Origin: Formosa sp. Hel1_33_131
GTDB lineage: Bacteria; Bacteroidota; Bacteroidia; Flavobacteriales; Flavobacteriaceae
Direction: 5' to 3'
Assembly (NCBI RefSeq): GCF_001735745.1
Contig: NZ_CP017260.1
Coordinates: forward strand, 330,001-362,000
Length of the DNA stretch: 32,000 nucleotides
The position numbers were made by a program, and so were the translations under genes. The notes beneath the pieces are model-generated. The model was not told the DNA's origin and searched no databases. It saw only the letters and a list, made by a program, of their open reading frames with translations. The first letter of the stretch is position 1, and the number at the start of each line of letters is the position of its first letter. Of this stretch, positions 9,561-17,702 are shown in pieces.

Positions 9561-12500
9561 TTAGTATTTAACAAACCTTTTCGTTGATGATTTAACACCA
9601 TCTGAAACCTCAATAAGGTAAATACCTACAGACAAAGAGCTTACGTCAATGGCATGTGTGTTATTGGCTTTTAAAATAATTTGCCCCAATCTATTATATA
9701 CTTTTAAATCATAATTATTTAAACCTTTAATATGTAACTTATCAGACGTAGGGTTTGGATACATAATAAACTTCAGGTTTTCGTTGTCTCCATCATAAGA
9801 AGATAAACTAGAGTCTTCCACAATAACCGTTCTTGTAACTTCTGTGGCGGCATTGCCAGCAACATCACTTACGTTATAAGAAACAGTATAAGAACCAACG
9901 GTCTGAGTGTCTACATCACTAACATCAGTTGTGATATTAGAGGTTAATACAGTATCATCATCATAATTATCTGTAGCTGTTGCGCCACCATCTGCGTATG
10001 TAGATCCAACTTCAATAGTTACGATCCCTTCGCCTGTAAGTGTAATGACGGGCACTGTTGTATCTACGACATTAACCGTTCTTGTAACTTCTATAGCGGC
10101 ATTGCTAGAAGCATCCGAAACATTGTAAGTCACGGTGTAGCTTGCAACGACATCAGTATCTACATTATTTACAGTAATTATATTAGAGCTTAATGCGGTA
10201 TCATCATCATAGTTGTCGGTAGCTGTAGCACCGGCATCTGCGTATGCAGTTCCAACTTCAATAGTTACAGTCCCTTCGCCTGTTAAAGTAATGACTGGAA
10301 TGCTAGTGTCTACGACATTAACCGTTCTTGTAACTTCTATAGCGGCATTGCTAGAAGCATCCGAAACATTGTAAGTCACGGTGTAGCTTGCAACGACATC
10401 AGTATCTACATTATTTACAGTAATTATATTAGAGCTTAATGCGGTATCATCATCATAGTTGTCCGTTGCTGTAGCACCGGCATCTGCGTAGGTAGTTCCA
10501 ACTTCAATAGTTACAGTCCCTTCGCCTGTTAAAGTAATGACTGGAATGCTAGTGTCTACGACATTAACCGTTCTTGTAACTTCTGTAGCGGCATTGCTAG
10601 AAGCATCCGAAACATTGTAAGTCACGGTGTAGCTTGCAACGACATCAGTATCTACATTATTTACAGTAATTATATTAGAGCTTAATGCGGTATCATCATC
10701 ATAGTTGTCGGTAGCTGTAGCACCGGCATCTGCGTAGGTAGTTCCAACTTCAATAGTTACAATCCCTTCGCCTGTTAAAGTAATGACTGGAATGCTAGTG
10801 TCTACGACATTAACTGTTCTTGTAACTTCTATAGCGGCATTGCTAGAAGCATCCGAAACATTGTAAGTCACGGTGTAGCTTGCAACGACATCAGTATCTA
10901 CATTATTTACAGTAATTATATTAGAGCTTAATGCGGTATCATCATCATAGTTGTCGGTAGCTGTAGCACCACCATCTGCGTAGGTAGTTCCAACTTCAAT
11001 AGTTACGATTGCTTCGCCTGTAAGCGTAATTACGGGCACTGTAGTGTCTACGACATTAACTGTTCTTGTAACTTCTATGGCGGCATTGGTAGCAACATCA
11101 CTTACGTTATAAGAAACAGTATAAGAACCAACAGTTTGAGTATCTACAGTACTTACATCAGTGACGATACTCGCAGTTAATGTTGTATCATCATCATAAT
11201 TATCTGTGGCTGTTGCGCCACCATCTGTGTATGTAGTTCCAACTTCAATAGTTACAATCCCTTCGCCTGTTAAAGTAATGACTGGAATGCTAGTGTCTAC
11301 GACATTAACTGTTCTTGTAACTTCTGTAGCGGAATTGCCTGAAGCATCCGAAACATTGTAAGTCACGGTGTAGCTTGCAACGACAGTAGTATCTACATTA
11401 TTTACAGTAGTTATATTGCTTGTAATATCCCCATCAATATTATCACTCGCAGTTGCACCTGCATCTGTATAAGATGTTCCAACCTCCACTGTAACTGTAG
11501 GTTCGCCTTGTAGAGTAATGACTGGTATTATTGAGTCTAAAAAATTAAGCCCAGAATTCCAGGAGCCTGCATCCTCGCCATCCGAACCAAAATCAATTGG
11601 ACTATCTGTTCCTTGAGCAACAGCATCATATATTACGTTCCCAGTTAATAAGTCGAAACTTAGATTGGAAGCTGTTAAATCTGCCGCGATTACTGAAGTC
11701 GTAAAAGAATCGTTTGCAGCAAGGTTTGGTGTAATTTTTTTAGATAACGAATTAATTAAATTTAATTCAACATTAGCAACAACGCCAATATCAGAGGGTA
11801 AATCAGTTGTGCCATTGGTTACAAAATTTCCATAAATTAAAGAGTTTTGTATTGTAAAAGGTCTTGTTCCTTCTATTCTAACACCAGCTCCTTTGGATTG
11901 ATCTTGTGTATTATTGACTTGATTATTAAAGATCGTAGTATTCGTAATACTACTTAGACTGTTATTAGCGGCTAAGTATAATGCTCCACCATCAACACCC
12001 GTTGCCGTATTATTTACAAAAGTAGATCCTGTAACAATTAATTGCCTTCCCACAGTTGTTATAGCGACTGCACCTCCTCTATTGGCGCTATTTCCATCAA
12101 ATAAAGAATTGGTAATTGTTAAAACTCCAGTACCACCTGCTAAAATAGCACCACCATTATTAGCAGTCGAAACATTATTTTTAAAAACACACCCCGTTAA
12201 TGTTAAATCTGAGTTTTGAGTTATCGTAATAACAGCACCTGGGTTTGAAGTAGTCGCATCTTGAAATGTAATATTTGTGAATGAAATTGTCTTGCCTGCT
12301 GTATTTATAACATACATTCTAGCACTCGCACCTGTAATCGTTGCATTAGTTTGCCCAACAAAAGAAATCGATTTTCCTACCCCAACTTGACCTGTTTGAT
12401 TGATAGCCCCTACAATAATAATGGTATCGCCATCTGAAGCAGCTACAACAGCATTGTTTACAGTTGTAAAAGCATTCTCTTCAGACAAACCGCCATTGTT

Positions 12501-13976
12501 GTTTCCTCCAACTTTAACGAAATAAGTGTCTGGACCGCTAGTGTCTACGACATTAACCGTTCTTGTAACTTCTATGGCGGCATTGCCTGAAGCATCCGAA
12601 ACATTGTAAGTCAAGGTGTAGCTTGCAACGACAGCAGTATCTACATTATTTACAGTAGTTATATTGTTAGTAATATCCCCATCAATATTATCACTCGCAG
12701 TTGCACCTGCATCTGTATAAGACGTACCTACCTCAACTGTTACTGTAGGGTCACCATTTAGAGTAATGACTGGTAGTGTTGTGTCTGATGACAACAATGT
12801 GAGTCCAGAGTCCCATGCCCCAACATCATTACTGTCAGATCCAAAATCTATTGGACTATCTTCCCCTACATTTACTGCGTCATATTCAACTTTCCCAGTA
12901 GTGGGATTAAATGTCAAGTTAGACGCTATAAGATTTGCTGGAGTACCTAAATTTCCTTTAATTCCTGTTATAGAACCAGTACCTTCATCTTGATTATCTA
13001 TATTAGTAGTAATCCATTGTGCGATAGAAGTCTCAAAAGTTTGTGTTCCATTAGAACCTCCACCCCAATCTGATGGTCCACCGGTACCATTATTCGTTTT
13101 ATTATCATAAAACAAGCTATTGCTAACTGTAGTATTTCCGTTATCTGTTCTTATGGTTCCATAGTCTTGGTTAGCACTACCAGTTGTATTTTGAAAAAAC
13201 GTACAGTTTGTGATACTATTAGTACTAGCAGCTTGTGCAACATATAAAACAGAGCCACCAGCAGAAGTTGCATTAGTTGTTTCATTGTCATAAAAAGTAG
13301 AACCTGTTATGGTGAAATTTGCTGAATTAGCATACAAAGCACCTCCTTTTGTAGCTGCAGAATTAGTTTTAAAAAGTGAATTAGTGATTGTAATTGTCCC
13401 TGATTGACCAAAAATAGCACCTGCTTCATCTGAAGAAGTGTTATTTTCAAATGAGCTGTCTATTATATTCAAATTTCCATTGGCAAAAAATAGGGCGCCA
13501 CCACCAGCTCCATTAGTTACAGAGTTACCTGTTAAGTTACAATTGTTGAAGGTTACTGTAGCTCCAGCAATATTATTAAAAAGTACACTACCACCTGCAA
13601 GGGTTGTACTATTGCCTGAAAATGTAAGATCTTTAAAAGTCACATTTGCCGATGTTGCTCCGTTTATCGTAAATAGCCTCTTATTTCCACTAGCTCCAGT
13701 TATAATTGAGTTAGCATCCAGGCCTTCTATTGTAAAGGCAAAATTCTTTGTTGTTAAATTAGCTCCATCGGAAGTAATTGTTCCTATAATTACAAGTTTA
13801 TCTCCTTCAGAGTTTATTTGCCCTAGTGCAGTTCCAAAGTTGCCATATGCATTTGATGCACTAGTACCATCCATATTACCAACAGCTGTAGATGCCACGT
13901 AAATGATGTCTTGAGCCACTAAGTTTAAGCTAAAAAAAATAGTTAGTAGTAGTGTGGTTAGTGTAGTTTTATTCAT
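9561..13976 (-). CDS. Giant T9SS-secreted adhesin-like protein: two PMP-like beta-helix modules, eight DUF5011-type Ig-like domains (1 + 7 tandem), T9SS type A C-terminal domain
   Basis: 1471 aa with a signal peptide ending LVAQ.
- Beta-helix modules at DNA ~12801-13913 and ~11547-12524, each ending SPIDFGSDxxDxGxW(D/N)SGL.
- 82-aa units PVITLTGEGxVTIEVGTTYADAGATATDNYDDD...TVTYNVSDASSNAAxEVTRTVNVVDT, matching the DUF5011/Ig-like pattern.
- C-terminus YPNPTSDKLHIKGL...VSSLSVGIYLIEV is a T9SS sorting domain. Confidence 0.9.
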   Translation of the reverse strand: MNKTTLTTLLLTIFFSLNLVAQDIIYVASTAVGNMDGTSASNAYGNFGTALGQINSEGDKLVIIGTITSDGANLTTKNFAFTIEGLDANSIITGASGNKRLFTINGATSANVTFKDLTFSGNSTTLAGGSVLFNNIAGATVTFNNCNLTGNSVTNGAGGGALFFANGNLNIIDSSFENNTSSDEAGAIFGQSGTITITNSLFKTNSAATKGGALYANSANFTITGSTFYDNETTNATSAGGSVLYVAQAASTNSITNCTFFQNTTGSANQDYGTIRTDNGNTTVSNSLFYDNKTNNGTGGPSDWGGGSNGTQTFETSIAQWITTNIDNQDEGTGSITGIKGNLGTPANLIASNLTFNPTTGKVEYDAVNVGEDSPIDFGSDSNDVGAWDSGLTLLSSDTTLPVITLNGDPTVTVEVGTSYTDAGATASDNIDGDITNNITTVNNVDTAVVASYTLTYNVSDASGNAAIEVTRTVNVVDTSGPDTYFVKVGGNNNGGLSEENAFTTVNNAVVAASDGDTIIIVGAINQTGQVGVGKSISFVGQTNATITGASARMYVINTAGKTISFTNITFQDATTSNPGAVITITQNSDLTLTGCVFKNNVSTANNGGAILAGGTGVLTITNSLFDGNSANRGGAVAITTVGRQLIVTGSTFVNNTATGVDGGALYLAANNSLSSITNTTIFNNQVNNTQDQSKGAGVRIEGTRPFTIQNSLIYGNFVTNGTTDLPSDIGVVANVELNLINSLSKKITPNLAANDSFTTSVIAADLTASNLSFDLLTGNVIYDAVAQGTDSPIDFGSDGEDAGSWNSGLNFLDSIIPVITLQGEPTVTVEVGTSYTDAGATASDNIDGDITSNITTVNNVDTTVVASYTVTYNVSDASGNSATEVTRTVNVVDTSIPVITLTGEGIVTIEVGTTYTDGGATATDNYDDDTTLTASIVTDVSTVDTQTVGSYTVSYNVSDVATNAAIEVTRTVNVVDTTVPVITLTGEAIVTIEVGTTYADGGATATDNYDDDTALSSNIITVNNVDTDVVASYTVTYNVSDASSNAAIEVTRTVNVVDTSIPVITLTGEGIVTIEVGTTYADAGATATDNYDDDTALSSNIITVNNVDTDVVASYTVTYNVSDASSNAATEVTRTVNVVDTSIPVITLTGEGTVTIEVGTTYADAGATATDNYDDDTALSSNIITVNNVDTDVVASYTVTYNVSDASSNAAIEVTRTVNVVDTSIPVITLTGEGTVTIEVGTAYADAGATATDNYDDDTALSSNIITVNNVDTDVVASYTVTYNVSDASSNAAIEVTRTVNVVDTTVPVITLTGEGIVTIEVGSTYADGGATATDNYDDDTVLTSNITTDVSDVDTQTVGSYTVSYNVSDVAGNAATEVTRTVIVEDSSLSSYDGDNENLKFIMYPNPTSDKLHIKGLNNYDLKVYNRLGQIILKANNTHAIDVSSLSVGIYLIEVSDGVKSSTKRFVKY
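9810..11528 (-). repeat. Seven in-frame tandem repeats of 246 bp (one of 249 bp), each encoding one Ig-like (DUF5011-type) domain
   Basis: The landmark CTACGACATTAAC recurs at 10064, 10310, 10556, 10802, 11048 and 11297, a spacing of 246 bp (last one 249). Copies 10310-10555 and 10556-10801 differ at only about 4 of 246 positions. Outer copies are more diverged. Confidence 0.95.
12537..12776 (-). repeat. Solitary eighth copy of the Ig-like repeat unit, between the two beta-helix modules
   Basis: Encodes LPVITLNGDPTVTVEVGTSYTDAGATASDNIDGDITNNITTVNNVDTAVVASYTLTYNVSDASGNAAIEVTRTVNVVDTS. It is nearly identical to the first unit of the tandem array (11283-11528) and shares the CTACGACATTAACCGTTCTTGTAACTTCT string at 12545. 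Confidence 0.9.
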
Positions 13977-14511
13977 AATTGGTAAATTTTGATGATTATA
14001 GTTTTATTTATTATAATTTCTATCAATTATACATTATTACTATTAATTTAATATTAATTATTGATTAACAAGGAAAGCTGTCTTAGACAAGAGTTCCATT
14101 TTAACCGATTTATAAAATAGTGGTTGCTAAACAATCTAAGGAGTGAAAAGGGAGTTGGAATGCTAAAAATTTAAATTTTATATTTTTTTCTTAAAAATAA
14201 AAGCTCAGTTCTAGAGCATACTCCAAGTAGTGTTTTATAAATCAGATTTTTTGGGAATAACTACACTAAAAATGATTGTAGAATATTAAAACCTCTTTTA
14301 AGACTTACATAGAGGATTCAAACAACTAAATAATTTTGTAAACTCAGGATGTATAAAAACAGTAGCGGTTTAGTAATTAAATTAGAAGCAAATAAATATA
14401 GAAAAAGGTTTCTTTAAACGAAAAAGTAAGGAGTTAAAATCCGCTACTATTCTTATACTAGACCGATGATGCACATTCATATCAAACGATTCAATTCTTT
14501 TAAATCCTCAC

Positions 14512-14544
14512 CAAAATAGTTCGACTTTAGGCTCTTTGCTCCAC
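14512..14544 (+). repeat. Conserved intergenic box, copy B
   Basis: CAAAATAGTTCGACTTTAGGCTCTTTGCTCCAC. Near-identical to copy A. Lies in the 757-bp ORF-free gap, 5 nt before a hairpin. Confidence 0.8.
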
Positions 14545-14549
14545 GGTAT

Positions 14550-14590
14550 TATTCCCAAGAATAGCTTTTTATTTTTGGGAATATTTTTTT
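14550..14590 (+). terminator. Intrinsic-terminator-like hairpin following box B
   Basis: TATTCCCAA (14550-14558) pairs with TTGGGAATA (14575-14583) around a 16-nt loop, followed by TTTTTTT (14584-14590). Confidence 0.65.
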
Positions 14591-14733
14591 AACTAGATAT
14601 TAACTACCAAATTCTACCAACTGAATTGTAAGAATTACCTTGGCTTTTGTAGATGTCGTAGGTTCATCAATCCAAATTATCTGAGCTTGTTAGACAAAGG
14701 AATAATTAATTGTAAAATTAACTTCATCATTTC

Positions 14734-16437
14734 TTAATTATTTTCCCATCTTAATTCCCATTCTGTAAAAACAGTTAGAATATTCCCATTTACATAAGAT
14801 TCCCCAGTATTATGCAATAAAGCCCACTGATCTGTTGCTTCATTTAAAACAAAAGAATCAGGAGAACTTGAATAAAATTTAACATTATTGAAAAGAGTCT
14901 CATTAATAGTGTAATTTGTAACACTTGTAGTACGAGTGTTATAACTGTTAAATCCACCTGCTCTAATTGTGTATGTAAACCCTGGTGAAAATATTAATTT
15001 TGGTATTGGAGAACCTTGTGATTGACTATTGTAAATTAAATCTCCTAAATTTGAATTTGAATTAAATGTAGAAGAACTCACTTTGTAGATTTCTCTGAAA
15101 TCACCTCCTACATTTCCACAAAAACTATTGTTTGCAAAAGGTTCGAAGTGGAGTAAATATGGCATTAAAGGCTGTGAAACTTCAAATGAAATCCAATACT
15201 CAATGTTAGTTGTAACTCCCTCTGAATTATCGGGACAAACTAATTCATTAGTGATAAGGAATTGTTCTGAACCGTTAATTGTTAAATATGGAGTACAAAC
15301 AACATTATCGCCAACATCTGAATTATATGCAGTAGCACCCGGAATAGTACAATTTACTACATTAACATAGCCTTGATCCATTACAGAGGCCGGTTCTCCT
15401 TGTGGACCTTGAGCACCATCTGCACCATTGGTACCTGAAGCACCTGTATCTCCTTGTATTCCTTGTGGACCTTGAGCTCCAGCTGAACCATTTACTCCAT
15501 TTGCCCCTGAAGGACCCGTAGCTCCGGTCAATCCTATATCCCCTTGAATACCCTGAATTCCTTGTGAACCTGCTTCGCCTTGTGCTCCATTTGCCCCTGA
15601 AAGACCCGTAGCACCTGTCAATCCTATATCCCCTTGAATACCCTGAATTCCTTGTAAACCTGCTTCGCCTTGTGGACCTTGAGCTCCTGCTAAACCATTT
15701 GATCCATTTACTCCATTTGCTCCTGAAGGACCCGTAGCACCTGTCAATCCTATATCTCCTTGTGTACCCTGAATTCCTTGTAAACCTGATTCGCCTTGTG
15801 GACCTTGAGCTCCTGCTAAACCATTTGATCCATTTACTCCATTTGCCCCTGAAGGACCCGTAGCACCTGTCAATCCTATATCCCCTTGAATACCCTGAAT
15901 TCCTTGTGAACCTGTCTCACCTTGTGGACCTTGAACTCCTGCTGAACCATTTGATCCATTTACTCCATTTGCTCCTGAAGGACCCGTAGCTCCGGTCAAT
16001 CCTATATCTCCTTGAAGACCCTGAATTCCTTGTGGACCTGCTTCGCCTTGTGGACCTTGAACTCCTGCTGAACCATTTGATCCATTTGCCCCTGAAGGAC
16101 CCGTAGCTCCGGTCAATCCTATATCCCCTTGAATACCCTGAATTCCTTGTGAACCTGCTTCGCCTTGTGGACCTGCGACACCATTAATCTTTGTCCAAAC
16201 CGTTCCATCAAAAAAATAAAAGCCGGTGGATTGATTGGTTTGATAAATCATTAAACCTGTTGCGGGTGCAGTAATGGCATCTCGCTGCGTCTGTGTGAGT
16301 CTTGGAATTAAAATTCCGCCTGTAGTAGATTCAATTTCTAATGCTGAAGACGCATCAGGTGTATTGGTGTTGACACCTACTTGTGCGTAGCCCAATGCTG
16401 TGAACAGCATGAGGGCTATTATTGTAATTTTTTTCAT
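14734..16437 (-). CDS. Secreted collagen-like triple-helix-repeat protein with unassigned N- and C-terminal globular domains
   Basis: 567 aa with a signal peptide ending GYAQ.
- aa 20-85: small N-terminal domain (VGVNTNTPDASSALEIES...GGILIPRLTQTQRDAI...GLMIYQT...FYFFDGTVWTKI).
- aa 86-349: 88 uninterrupted Gly-X-Y triplets (GPQGEAGSQGIQGIQGDIGLTGATGPSGANG...).
- aa 350-567: Cys-containing C-terminal domain with no motif I recognise.
- No T9SS tail. Confidence 0.85.
   Translation of the reverse strand: MKKITIIALMLFTALGYAQVGVNTNTPDASSALEIESTTGGILIPRLTQTQRDAITAPATGLMIYQTNQSTGFYFFDGTVWTKINGVAGPQGEAGSQGIQGIQGDIGLTGATGPSGANGSNGSAGVQGPQGEAGPQGIQGLQGDIGLTGATGPSGANGVNGSNGSAGVQGPQGETGSQGIQGIQGDIGLTGATGPSGANGVNGSNGLAGAQGPQGESGLQGIQGTQGDIGLTGATGPSGANGVNGSNGLAGAQGPQGEAGLQGIQGIQGDIGLTGATGLSGANGAQGEAGSQGIQGIQGDIGLTGATGPSGANGVNGSAGAQGPQGIQGDTGASGTNGADGAQGPQGEPASVMDQGYVNVVNCTIPGATAYNSDVGDNVVCTPYLTINGSEQFLITNELVCPDNSEGVTTNIEYWISFEVSQPLMPYLLHFEPFANNSFCGNVGGDFREIYKVSSSTFNSNSNLGDLIYNSQSQGSPIPKLIFSPGFTYTIRAGGFNSYNTRTTSVTNYTINETLFNNVKFYSSSPDSFVLNEATDQWALLHNTGESYVNGNILTVFTEWELRWENN
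15391..16182 (-). repeat. Collagen Gly-X-Y coding tract built from about six tandem 99-126-bp units (33-42 aa)
   Basis: The string GGACCCGTAGC(A/T)CC(T/G)GTCAATCCTATATC(C/T)CCTTG recurs about every 120-130 bp. The protein units GPQGE(A/T/S)G(S/P/L)QGIQG(I/L/T)QGDIGLTGATGPSGANG(VNG)SNG(S/L)AG(V/A)Q vary in length by whole triplets. Confidence 0.9.
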
Positions 16438-16438
16438 C

Positions 16439-17140
16439 TTAGTTTTTTATGATTTTAAAAGTTGAAATTTGGTTTTGACTGTTTTGTAAGTTTAATAAAT
16501 AAACACCTGAAGGGAGGTTGATAACATCCAACTCAGTAGCGGCGGTGGTTTCTAATATTTTTTGACCTGCTATATTAAAGAGTGTGGCTTTTTGGACCGT
16601 GTTGGAAACAATGTGCAAAAAATCTGTTGTAGGATTTGGATAGACGCGTACATAACCATCAAATGTAACTGGCTTGACCGTAAGCGTTGCCGATACGTCA
16701 CTAGCCGTGACAGACGTAAAGCCAATAAATTCTGTAAAGTCGTAACTCAGGTTGTTATTTACCGCATCAAGCACTGGCTCAACATTTATCCAAACTCCGT
16801 TCGTGTCCAGTACTTCTAAGACCAAATCACCTTCGGCTATGAAGTTGAGTTCACTTTCTAAATAACTAAAGTTGAGTATTCCTTTATAGTCTGATAGTTC
16901 AGCGGATAGTTGATATACTCTATTAATACTTGTACTTTCGCCCACCTCAACGGGTGAATTGGAACGTTCAATAGCATTCGGTCCTGAAAAGGTATAGGCT
17001 TCGCTAGGAGCCAGTTCCAAACCATCTACTGAAACAGAACTATTGGGACTAATGCTAATGGAACTGCCGTCAAAAACAGTGAGAGATTGACTGAAACACA
17101 CTAGAGTGCCAGTCATGAATGTGAAAATAAATCGTATCAT
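16439..17140 (-). CDS. Secreted protein of unknown function with T9SS type A C-terminal sorting domain; co-oriented partner of the collagen-like gene
   Basis: 233 aa with an N-terminal hydrophobic signal. The C-terminus VRVYPNPTTDFLHIVS...ATLFNIAGQKIL...VINLPSGVYLLNL fits the T9SS CTD pattern. Its TAA (16439-16441) lies 1 nt from the downstream ATG (16435-16437). Confidence 0.75.
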   Translation of the reverse strand: MIRFIFTFMTGTLVCFSQSLTVFDGSSISISPNSSVSVDGLELAPSEAYTFSGPNAIERSNSPVEVGESTSINRVYQLSAELSDYKGILNFSYLESELNFIAEGDLVLEVLDTNGVWINVEPVLDAVNNNLSYDFTEFIGFTSVTASDVSATLTVKPVTFDGYVRVYPNPTTDFLHIVSNTVQKATLFNIAGQKILETTAATELDVINLPSGVYLLNLQNSQNQISTFKIIKN

Positions 17141-17332
17141 AAGTTAAAATTGGTTGTGTTAAATAAAAATTAATCGTTGTGATTACTCACTAATATTAAA
17201 TTTCTAAATTTAATATAAATTTGGCTTCTATTTGATCCATAGTTGGTTCATAAAATAAAACTTATTACATATATTTTTTAAAAAAAATTGAAGATAAAAT
17301 TGGGAAACCAGTCAAAACTAGAAGGAATTCTG

Positions 17333-17356
17333 AACCTGCCTGACGGTAGGCAGGTT
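17333..17356. terminator. 9-bp hairpin downstream of the small minus-strand gene
   Basis: AACCTGCCT (17333-17341) pairs with AGGCAGGTT (17348-17356) around a 6-nt loop. TTTATTT follows on the + strand only. Its position, 68 nt past the 17424 stop, suggests a minus-strand terminator lacking a U-tract. Confidence 0.35.
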
Positions 17357-17423
17357 TATTTCAGTATCAGATTGATAAAGCAAAGCCTTTTAAGATAGCT
17401 TCATAATTATTATCAAAAAAAAA

Positions 17424-17597
17424 TTAAGGCAATTTGAACAAGTCCTCTAATTTAGCAGGATCATCTAAGTATTTAGATATTTCTAGTACGGTTTCTCTTT
17501 TTCCCTTGCCTTCATAATACTTCCATACAAAGACTGGGATTGGAACAATTATTCCTGTTAATATTCCAAGAATTGGTATAATAAAATTTTGATCCAT
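17424..17597 (-). CDS. Small single-pass membrane protein, hypothetical
   Basis: ORF MDQNFIIPILGILTGIIVPIPVFVWKYYEGKGKRETVLEISKYLDDPAKLEDLFKLP has one clear TM helix then a charged tail. The track ORF starts 10 codons earlier (17627). The internal ATG has the A-rich upstream context usual for Bacteroidota. No family recognised. Confidence 0.4.
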   Translation of the reverse strand: MDQNFIIPILGILTGIIVPIPVFVWKYYEGKGKRETVLEISKYLDDPAKLEDLFKLP

Positions 17598-17663
17598 AAT
17601 TTTTAATTTTAAATGTAACGCAAACATTACATAATAAAATTATCTAAATCGATTAAATTTCTC

Positions 17664-17700
17664 CTTAATAGTTCAACTTCATTCCCTTTGCCTGCCAAAC
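17664..17700 (+). repeat. Conserved intergenic box, diverged copy C
   Basis: CTTAATAGTTCAACTTCATTCCCTTTGCCTGCCAAAC is about two-thirds identical to boxes A and B, with shared cores AATAGTTC and CTTTGCCT. It lies 2 nt before a hairpin homologous to the one after box B. Confidence 0.55.
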
Positions 17701-17702
17701 AG

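Noticed and set aside
9810-11528. The regular 246-bp repeats might be taken for a CRISPR-like or satellite array
   Set aside because: The units are contiguous with no unique spacers, the period is a multiple of 3, and they are in-frame within a long ORF encoding Ig-like domains. No cas genes are present in the window.
13438-13902. Antisense ORFs inside the large repeat-rich genes (for example 13438-13902 +, 12766-12993 +, 5481-5828 +, 5133-5399 +, 15128-15370 +, 4309-4752 -)
   Set aside because: These are shadow ORFs on the opposite strand of confidently called genes with biased, repetitive codon usage. Their Pro/Leu/Val-rich translations have no motifs. Open antisense frames are expected in Asn/Thr/Gly-rich repeat genes.
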